Below the pieces are notes generated by a model that searched no databases, was not told the DNA's origin, and worked only from the letters and a program-made list of their open reading frames with translations. Position numbers and translations under genes: made by a program. From contig JBEKCB010000015.1 of the NCBI GenBank assembly GCA_050015075.1, positions 1 through 64,000 on the forward strand: DNA of 64,000 bases, in the 5' to 3' direction. Positions 9,320 through 18,915 of the stretch are shown piece after piece. The DNA is from Candidatus Brocadiia bacterium. Lineage in GTDB: Bacteria > Planctomycetota > Brocadiia > CAIUPP01. Each line of letters starts with the position of its first letter. Positions within the stretch are counted from its first letter, which is position 1.

Positions 9320-11140
9320 TCACCGGAAACCGCCGGCCGCTTCGTTGGTCAGGATCACCACTTCCTGCCACTCGCTCTTCTCGGGGATCCAGACGTTCTC
9401 ATCCCAGATCGTCCGGTAGGGCACGTCGAGGCCGGACGCGATGGCCTTGCGGAGGTCCTTCTCCGGCACGATGGCCGCGGCGGGCGACGGGTCCTGCAGG
9501 AACGGTTTGAGCGAGCGGTTGCCGTCAATCTCCTGGACCGGGCGCCCGAGATAGAAGACGACTGAGACTTCGCGGTATCCGAGCCGGCCGAGGCGCAGTC
9601 TTTCCAGGCCCGCAGCGCCGTAGCGGTTTTTCAGGAAATCCGCCAGGCGCCGCGCGGATTTGCCCTGCTCGAATCGCGGCAGGCCGACCTGCCAGAACAG
9701 GCCGAGGCAGAGGACCATTCCGGCGGTGAACGCGATGAAGACGCGGTCGTAGCGCTGCTGCGGCAGGGCGCTCATGGCCCATAGCGCCACGGAGATCAGC
9801 ACAAGCCCGGCCGGCAGAAACCAGACCGCCTGTCCTTCAAATTGCGCGGCGGCCGGGAGGAACAGTATCGCGACCCCGGCCAGCAGCAGAAGAAAGAGCG
9901 GAATGCCCGAAGTGACATGGTCCCACGCGCCGGACAGTTCGTTCTCGCCCGAAATCAGCTCGGAGAGAAAGACGCCGCACAGGATCGCCACCGGCGGCAG
10001 GATCGGCAGGATGTGATGCGGCAGTTTCGTTCGAATCAGGCTGAAGACGAGCAACTGGGCGAGCGCCCAGCCGGCGAGGAACCGCGTGCGGCGGTCTTTC
10101 CGATGGACCGCGCAGGCCCTGCACCGCGCGGCGGGCAGCAGGAACGCGCACCAGGGCAGAAAGCCGACGATCAGCCCCGGCACGTACACCGGCAGCGTCG
10201 CCAGGTACTCGCCGAGGTCCGCGCCGCCGTGTCCCTGCAGCGGCGTGAAGATCGGCTGGATCGTGCTCTCCCAGACGAGTTCATACACATAGCTCCCGCC
10301 GGTCAGCCAGTTCGCTGGGATCACCCAGAGCCCGACGACGACGCAGACGATCAGCGCGCCGGTCAGCGCGCGCATCTCCAGCAGCATCCGCCAGCGGCGC
10401 TCGAGCGCGACGAACCCGATCAGCGCGATGATCGGCAGCGCGATCCCGAGCGGCCCTTTCGCCAGCATGCCGGCTCCGCAGCCGAGGTAGAAGAGCCAGA
10501 GTCCGGCGCGGCTTCCCGAGGCGACGAACTCCCACAGCCCGTTCATCGAGAGCAGGACGCAGCAGAGCAGCGTGGTGTCGAGCAGCGCGAGCCGCGTGAC
10601 GACCCCGAAGAGGGCCGAGGTGCCGAGCATCGCGCCGGCGATTACGCCGACTTTCGGCGAATACATGCGCGCCGCCAGGCGGAAGGTGAGCCAGATCGCC
10701 AGCAGCCCGGCCAGCGCCGAAGGCAACCGCGCGGCGAACTCGTTGCCGCCGAGCAGCTTCATGCAGGCGGCCATCGCCCAGTACGTCAGCGGCGGTTTCT
10801 CCATCCAGGGCTTGCCGGAGAAGGTGGGCACGAACAGGTTGCCGCCGGCGGCCATCTCGCGGGCGCATTCGGCGTAATAGCCTTCGTCGCGGTCGAAGAA
10901 GGTGGTCGAGCCGAGACCCGGGATCGTGGCGAGCGCGGCGAGCGCGATGAGGACGAGCCCGGCGATTTTCGCGCGGCGGGCTTGCCCACCGCAGCCTTGG
11001 CGAAGGAGGGCGGATTCGGCCGGGGCGCAGGATTCGGTCTCCGCGAGCCAGCTCAGCCAGGCGCGGCCCTTCACGAGGAGAATCACGCAGACGGTCAGCG
11101 GGCCAAGGAGCGTCAGACCGCAGATGACGTCGTGATCCAC
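9320..11140 (-). CDS. ArnT/PMT family (GT83/GT39-like) membrane glycosyltransferase
   Basis: DRDEGYYAECAREM, EKPPLTYW, ARLPSALAG, LAKGPLG, TKLPHHILP. Confidence 0.88.
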   Translation of the reverse strand: MDHDVICGLTLLGPLTVCVILLVKGRAWLSWLAETESCAPAESALLRQGCGGQARRAKIAGLVLIALAALATIPGLGSTTFFDRDEGYYAECAREMAAGGNLFVPTFSGKPWMEKPPLTYWAMAACMKLLGGNEFAARLPSALAGLLAIWLTFRLAARMYSPKVGVIAGAMLGTSALFGVVTRLALLDTTLLCCVLLSMNGLWEFVASGSRAGLWLFYLGCGAGMLAKGPLGIALPIIALIGFVALERRWRMLLEMRALTGALIVCVVVGLWVIPANWLTGGSYVYELVWESTIQPIFTPLQGHGGADLGEYLATLPVYVPGLIVGFLPWCAFLLPAARCRACAVHRKDRRTRFLAGWALAQLLVFSLIRTKLPHHILPILPPVAILCGVFLSELISGENELSGAWDHVTSGIPLFLLLLAGVAILFLPAAAQFEGQAVWFLPAGLVLISVALWAMSALPQQRYDRVFIAFTAGMVLCLGLFWQVGLPRFEQGKSARRLADFLKNRYGAAGLERLRLGRLGYREVSVVFYLGRPVQEIDGNRSLKPFLQDPSPAAAIVPEKDLRKAIASGLDVPYRTIWDENVWIPEKSEWQEVVILTNEAAGGFR

Positions 11141-11194
11141 GGTTCTAGCTCCGGCGGTTCACTGCGGGGCTGCCGAAAAGAACAAGCGGATGCA

Positions 11195-11266
11195 GGCGAT
11201 TGGGAGATTGGGAGATCGGGGAAATTGAGGCGTCTAATCTCCTAATTTCCCAATCTCCTAATTTCC
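11195..11266. repeat. octamer tandem-unit inverted repeat (GGAGATTG / CAATCTCC)
   Basis: ggcgattg-ggagattg-ggagatcg-gggaaattg ... ctaatctc-ctaatttc-ccaatctc-ctaatttcc. Confidence 0.8.
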
Positions 11267-11431
11267 TTTTTTCTTGCCGCTCGCAGGCGTTTCCCACTGC
11301 TCGCGCGGGACGATGACGCTGCGCTTGCATTTGCGGCACTCGAGCAGGACGAACGCCTTGCCCTTGACGTCGGTTTCCGAATCCACAACCTCGTAGGTGT
11401 CCGCATTGCATTCCGCGCACTTGATCGCCAT
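11258..11431 (-). CDS. 57-aa zinc-ribbon protein (below ORF-track cutoff)
   Basis: MAIKCAECNADTYEVVDSETDVKGKAFVLLECRKCKRSVIVPREQWETPASGKKKGN; two CxxC pairs; AGGAGA RBS overlapping the rsfS stop. Confidence 0.75.
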   Translation of the reverse strand: MAIKCAECNADTYEVVDSETDVKGKAFVLLECRKCKRSVIVPREQWETPASGKKKGN

Positions 11432-11441
11432 CGCGCTTCTC

Positions 11442-11885
11442 CTATTCCGCCTGCGGCGGCTTGGGCGTTTTCGCCCGGCTTCGCTTTTTGGGCGGGGTCT
11501 GCCACTCGAAACGAGGCGCGTCGCCCCAGAGCAATTCGAGGTCGTAGAGGCGCCGCGAGTCGGGATCGAAAAGATGCACGACGAAGTCGCCGTAGTCCAT
11601 CAGCACCCAACGGTCCTGCCCGGTGCCTTCCTGGCCGATCGGGCGCACGCCGCGCTGCGACATCTCCTGGTGGATCGCCGACTGGATCGCGTGGAGCTGG
11701 CGCGGGTTGCCGCCGCTGGCGATGACGAAGAAGTCCGTGACGTACATCAGTCCGCGCAGGTCCAGGACGATGATGTCCTCGGCCTTCTTGTCGTCCGCCA
11801 GCCGCGCGCAGACGCGCACGACCTCGGCGGGATCTTTTACCGCGACCGCCGTCTTTCGGCGGCCTCCGCTCCGGACCGATGCCAT
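11442..11885 (-). CDS. rsfS: ribosome silencing factor
   Basis: DDKKAEDIIVLDL, DFFVIASG, WVLMDYGDFVVHLF, RRLYDLELLW. Confidence 0.95.
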   Translation of the reverse strand: MASVRSGGRRKTAVAVKDPAEVVRVCARLADDKKAEDIIVLDLRGLMYVTDFFVIASGGNPRQLHAIQSAIHQEMSQRGVRPIGQEGTGQDRWVLMDYGDFVVHLFDPDSRRLYDLELLWGDAPRFEWQTPPKKRSRAKTPKPPQAE

Positions 11886-12000
11886 TCACCCTCCGCTCTT
11901 CTTCGTGCGGCAGGAACCGCTGCTATGCCTTCTTGCTCCACGGCGCAATCGCACGTTATGATAGCCCTGTCCGGCCCATTTTTCAAGCGAAGGGGCGCTC

Positions 12001-12636
12001 ATGGAAAATGCTTTTCTGGACGTGAGCGTGCCGATCGTTACCGGCATGGCGCATTGGCCTTCCGACCCGCCCGTCTCGGTCGAGCTTTACAAATTTCCGG
12101 AGAAAGGCGACCGCTCGACGGTTTCCTTGCTGCGCATGGGCAGCCACACGGGCACGCACATGGACGCGCCGCGGCATTTTCTGCCTGGCAGCGCGGGCGT
12201 GGATGAGACGCCGCTCGAATTCCTCATCGGGCCGTACCAGGTGGCGGATTGCCGGGGCCTGAAATCCATCTCGCTGCGCCAGGTGACCGGCCTCGACGTG
12301 CCGGCGGCGCCGCGCGTGCTGTTCCGGACGGACAATTCGGAGCGGGTGGCCTCGCGGAACGAGTTCTTCACGGATTACGTCGCCGTTGAGACGTCGGCGG
12401 CGAAATGGCTGGTCGAGCAGGGCGCGGTGCTGATCGGCGTGGACGGGCTTTCGATTGATCCATACCACGCGCCGAATCCCGGCGCCCACCTGGCGGTGCT
12501 CGAAGCGGGCAAGGTGGTCGTCGAGGGGCTTTGCCTGGCCGGAATCGAGGCCGGGCGCTACGAACTGATCTGCCTGCCGCTGCGCATCAAGGGCTGCGAC
12601 GGCTCGCCGGTGCGCGCACTGCTGCGGCGGCCCTGA
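12001..12636 (+). CDS. cyclase family protein (kynurenine formamidase-like)
   Basis: GSHTGTHMDAPRH, IGVDGLSID, DGSPVRA. Confidence 0.9.
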   Translation: MENAFLDVSVPIVTGMAHWPSDPPVSVELYKFPEKGDRSTVSLLRMGSHTGTHMDAPRHFLPGSAGVDETPLEFLIGPYQVADCRGLKSISLRQVTGLDVPAAPRVLFRTDNSERVASRNEFFTDYVAVETSAAKWLVEQGAVLIGVDGLSIDPYHAPNPGAHLAVLEAGKVVVEGLCLAGIEAGRYELICLPLRIKGCDGSPVRALLRRP

Positions 12637-12644
12637 GCGGTGCT

Positions 12645-12758
12645 TTACCGCTTCGGCCCGGTCTTGAGCTTCGGCCGCCGGCGGTGAAGGGTCGGTTTCT
12701 GGCCGTGGTTGGCCTTGGTCCTGCGGATCTTCATGCGGAGCAGTCCACGCTTCTTCAT
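12645..12758 (-). CDS. 37-aa basic protein resembling ribosomal protein bL37
   Basis: MKKRGLLRMKIRRTKANHGQKPTLHRRRPKLKTGPKR; KRG...KANHGxxP pattern; GAGGA RBS. Confidence 0.65.
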   Translation of the reverse strand: MKKRGLLRMKIRRTKANHGQKPTLHRRRPKLKTGPKR

Positions 12759-12785
12759 GGGTTCCTCGAAAGGCTGACCGCGCCC

Positions 12786-12980
12786 GGGGCGATCGCGCTC
12801 AAGAATGAAAACAAGGGGGTGGCAGCTCCGGCCCAACCAGACAGTTTGACCGCCTGGAAGTGGGGCACGGCCGGAGCTGCCGGGGGAAATCCGTTAGCAT
12901 ATTGGCTCTAACAAGGTCACGGTTATCAGCATCGCCCCAACTCACTGTACGGTTGCCCGCGAAGCAACGCCCCTAAAGAC
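12786..12980 (-). ncRNA. candidate structured sRNA or long 5' leader
   Basis: 13-bp stem GGCAGCTCCGGCC/GGCCGGAGCTGCC with an inner hairpin, outer stem GGGGCGAT/ATCGCCCC, C-rich linkers, directly downstream of a consensus promoter. Confidence 0.4.
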
Positions 12981-12987
12981 TTAAAGA

Positions 12988-13016
12988 ATTCTAGCGCATT
13001 GTTTGGCGCGTGTCAA
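12988..13016 (-). promoter_or_regulatory. sigma70-type promoter
   Basis: Minus strand TTGACA-17 bp-TAGAAT. Confidence 0.8.
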
Positions 13017-13101
13017 GTCCATATTTGCATAGATTTCGAGTCTATTCTACGGGCTTTTTCAATCCGCAGCCCGCGATCCGAAATCCGCAGCCGAGAAAGA
13101 C

Positions 13102-13130
13102 TTGACACTTCCGCGCCGGGGTGATAAGTT
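13102..13130 (+). promoter_or_regulatory. possible sigma70-type promoter for cimA-valS
   Basis: TTGACA-17 bp-TAAGTT. Confidence 0.5.
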
Positions 13131-13187
13131 TCCGTCAGTGTGCTGGGGTTTTCTTCTCGTCCCTGTTTCGAATCACGGGCTTCAGGC

Positions 13188-14759
13188 ATGCCTGAAATCG
13201 CCATCTATGATGCCACGTTGCGCGACGGCGCGCAGGGCGAAGGGATCAACTTCACCGTCGAGGACAAGATCGCCATCGCCCTCAAGCTGGACGAACTCGG
13301 CGTCGCCTACGTCGAGGGCGGCTTTCCGTTCAGCAACGAGAAGGACATCGCCTTTTTCAAGCAGATCAAAAAGCGGCCGCTGAAGACGGCGCGCGTGGTC
13401 GCGTTCGGCTCCACGCGGCGCGCGAAGTTGACGGTCGAGGAAGATCCCGGCCTGGCCGCGCTGCTCGCCGCCGGGACGAAGGCGGTGGCGGTCGTGGGCA
13501 AGAGCTGGGACCTCCACGTCCGCGACGTCCTCCGCACGTCGCTCGAAGAGAACACGGCGATGATCGCCGATACCGTGCGGTACCTGAAGTCGAACGGCCT
13601 GGAAGTGATCTTCGACGCGGAGCATTTTTTCGACGGCTACCGGCACAACCAGCGGTACGCGTTGTGCGCGGTCCAGGCGGCGCGGGAGGCCGGCGCCGAT
13701 GTCATCGTGCTGTGCGATACGAACGGCGGGTCGCTGCCGAGCCACGTGCTGGCGGCGACGGCGGCGACCGTCAAGGAGATCGGCGGGCGCATCGGCTTCC
13801 ACGGCCACAACGACTCGGGCATGGCGGTGGCGAACAGCGTCACGGCGGTCGAGGCGGGCGCCACGCACGTGCAGGGGACCATCAACGGCCTCGGCGAGCG
13901 CACCGGCAACGCCGACCTCTGCCAGGTGATCCCCAACCTGCAACTGAAGCTCCTGCGGCGTTGCCTGCCCGGCGAGAACCTGACGCTGCTGACGGAGACC
14001 TCGCGTTTCATCTACGACGTGGCGAACATGCCGCTGGCGGTCTCGCAGCCGTTCGTCGGCCGCGCCGCCTTCGCGCACAAGGGCGGGCTGCACGTGGACG
14101 CGGTGCGCAAGAACCCGGCGACGTACGAGCACATCGGGCCGGAAGAGGTCGGCAACGAGCGCCGGCTGCTGCTGAGCGAACTCTCCGGTTCGGCCAGCCT
14201 GCTCGAGAAGATGGCGATGCACAAGCTGACGCACGATCCGAAAATCATGCGCCAGGCGCTCAAGCAGCTCCAGAGCCTCGAGAACGTCGGCTACCAGTTC
14301 GAGGCCGCCGAGGCGTCCTTCGCGCTGCTCGTGCGGCGGATGCTCGGGAAGGAGAAGCGTTTCTTCGATTTCGAGGGCTTCCGCGTCATCGTCGAGAAGC
14401 GCGTCTTCTCGCCCGAGGCGATCACCGAGGCGACCATTAAGATCCGCGTCGGCGAGGTCGAGGAACTGTGCGCCAGCGAGGGCGACGGCCCCGTGAACGC
14501 GCTCGACCGCGCGCTGCGCAAGGCGCTCGAGCGGTTCTATCCGTCGCTGCGCGAGATGCAGCTCACCGACTACAAGGTGCGCGTCATCAACCCGAGCGCC
14601 AGCACGGCCGCGCGCGTCCGCGTGGTGATCCAATCGCGCGACCGCGATGCGATGTGGGGAACGGTGGGCGTCTCCGAAAACCTGATCGAGGCGAGCTGGC
14701 AGGCGCTCGTGGACAGCGTGGTGTACAAGCTCACGCGCGACGAAGAGAAGGCGGGATAG
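13188..14759 (+). CDS. cimA: citramalate synthase
   Basis: YDATLRDGAQGEG, VGKSWDLHV, FDAEHFFDG, HGHNDSG, FAHKGGLH, WGTVGVSENLIEASW. Confidence 0.92.
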   Translation: MPEIAIYDATLRDGAQGEGINFTVEDKIAIALKLDELGVAYVEGGFPFSNEKDIAFFKQIKKRPLKTARVVAFGSTRRAKLTVEEDPGLAALLAAGTKAVAVVGKSWDLHVRDVLRTSLEENTAMIADTVRYLKSNGLEVIFDAEHFFDGYRHNQRYALCAVQAAREAGADVIVLCDTNGGSLPSHVLAATAATVKEIGGRIGFHGHNDSGMAVANSVTAVEAGATHVQGTINGLGERTGNADLCQVIPNLQLKLLRRCLPGENLTLLTETSRFIYDVANMPLAVSQPFVGRAAFAHKGGLHVDAVRKNPATYEHIGPEEVGNERRLLLSELSGSASLLEKMAMHKLTHDPKIMRQALKQLQSLENVGYQFEAAEASFALLVRRMLGKEKRFFDFEGFRVIVEKRVFSPEAITEATIKIRVGEVEELCASEGDGPVNALDRALRKALERFYPSLREMQLTDYKVRVINPSASTAARVRVVIQSRDRDAMWGTVGVSENLIEASWQALVDSVVYKLTRDEEKAG

Positions 14760-14797
14760 TCGCGCTCCTCACGGCCGACTTTTCAGGAACCGACATC

Positions 14798-17480
<2,683 letters not shown>

Positions 17481-17494
<14 letters not shown>

Positions 17495-17577
17495 TTGGGA
17501 GATTAGGAGATTGGGCCTGGCGGTTTTCCTGCGACCGAATTTTCTAATTTCCCAATTTCCCAATCTCCAAATCACCC
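17481..17577. repeat. octamer tandem-unit inverted repeat between convergent genes
   Basis: ggagatta-ggtgattg-ggagatta-ggagattg ... ctaatttc-ccaatttc-ccaatctc-caaatcacc; contains both genes' stop codons. Confidence 0.8.
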
Positions 17578-18915
17578 GCGGTATTCGATCCCCAGCAGAC
17601 TGATGTCATCCTCCGGCGCTCCCTTCCCGAACGACATCACATTCTCCATCACGCCGTCGAGCATCGCCTCGATGGGCACGCCGGTGAGCCGGGTCAGCGC
17701 GCGCTGCAGGCGGACGTTGCCGAACTGTTCGCCTTCCTCGTTGCGATGTTCGATCACGCCGTCGGTCGTGAGGATGATCCGGTCGCCGGGCTTGAGCGGC
17801 TGCCGGCCTTCCTCGAACGGCAGCCCGCTGCCCTGGCCGATGATCGGGCCGCCCTTCTCCAGCCGCGTGAAACTGCCGTCTGCGCCGACCAGCAGCGGCG
17901 GCGGATGGCCCGCGCTGCTGTAATGCGCCGTGCCTTCGCGGACGTCCACCACCATGTACACGACGGTGAAAAACTTGTCGAAGCGCTCGATCGGGTACTC
18001 GCGGTCGAGATGCGCCAGGACCTCCGCGGGTGGGACGATCTCATGTCCGGTGCCGTTGGCGCCGCGTCGGAGCACGGTTCCGGAGTCGGGGCGCAGCATC
18101 TGCGAGACGGAGACCGTCACCAGCGCCGACGGCACGCCGTGCCCGCTGACGTCGAGGATGTAGAAGGCGTAGTGCGAGGCATCGAGCCGCATCATGTTGA
18201 AAATGTCGCCGCCGATCTGCTCGCACGGCTGGAACTTCCACGCCGCGCGGAGCGCGCGAGCGTCGAGCCCCTCGCGCGGCAGCAGGCTGCGCTGAATGCC
18301 CGCGGCGGCTTCGAGGTCGCGGTCGAGGTTGTTCTGCTTTTCCTTGAGCGAGTCGTTCGCCGCGCGCAGGCCTTCCTCCATCCGGATCAGCGCCAGGTTC
18401 GCGCGCGCCAGTTCCAGGTTCTTCTGGAGCGCGTTGTCGTAGGTCGAGAGGAGCAGTTGCGTGATCTGGCGCGCATCGGGCTTGAGCATGAACTTCTGCG
18501 CGCCGACGGCGATCTCGATCTGCCCGTCCGCGCGGTCTTCGCCCGGATGTCCGGCGCGCGCGGTCAGGCTCTCCATGCAGGCGGCGAGGAAATCCTTGTC
18601 GTACGGCTTCGTGATGAACCCGTCGGCGCCGGACTGGAGCGCGCCGATCACGTCGCCGGAATCGGAAAGGGCCGTCAGCAGGATCACCGGCGCGCGGCGC
18701 AGTTCGGCGTCGGCCTTGATCCGGCGGCAGAGTGCGAAACCATCGAGCCGCGGCATGACGACGTCGGTGATGACGACGTCCGGCTTGTGATCGCGGGCGA
18801 GCGCGTACGCTTCCTCTCCGTCGCGCGCGGTCACCACCTCGCAGCCGCGTTTCAGGAGCGAGGCCTGGAGCAGCCGGCGGCAGACCGGGTCGTCGTCCAC
18901 CACGAGCACTTTCAC
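17572..18915 (-). CDS. response regulator receiver fused to SpoIIE/PP2C phosphatase (RsbU-like)
   Basis: VLVVDDD...DVVMPRLDG receiver; IGGD, DVSGHG, AGHPP, TDG, DDIS; GTG start overlaps the upstream TGA. Confidence 0.92.
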   Translation of the reverse strand: MKVLVVDDDPVCRRLLQASLLKRGCEVVTARDGEEAYALARDHKPDVVITDVVMPRLDGFALCRRIKADAELRRAPVILLTALSDSGDVIGALQSGADGFITKPYDKDFLAACMESLTARAGHPGEDRADGQIEIAVGAQKFMLKPDARQITQLLLSTYDNALQKNLELARANLALIRMEEGLRAANDSLKEKQNNLDRDLEAAAGIQRSLLPREGLDARALRAAWKFQPCEQIGGDIFNMMRLDASHYAFYILDVSGHGVPSALVTVSVSQMLRPDSGTVLRRGANGTGHEIVPPAEVLAHLDREYPIERFDKFFTVVYMVVDVREGTAHYSSAGHPPPLLVGADGSFTRLEKGGPIIGQGSGLPFEEGRQPLKPGDRIILTTDGVIEHRNEEGEQFGNVRLQRALTRLTGVPIEAMLDGVMENVMSFGKGAPEDDISLLGIEYRG

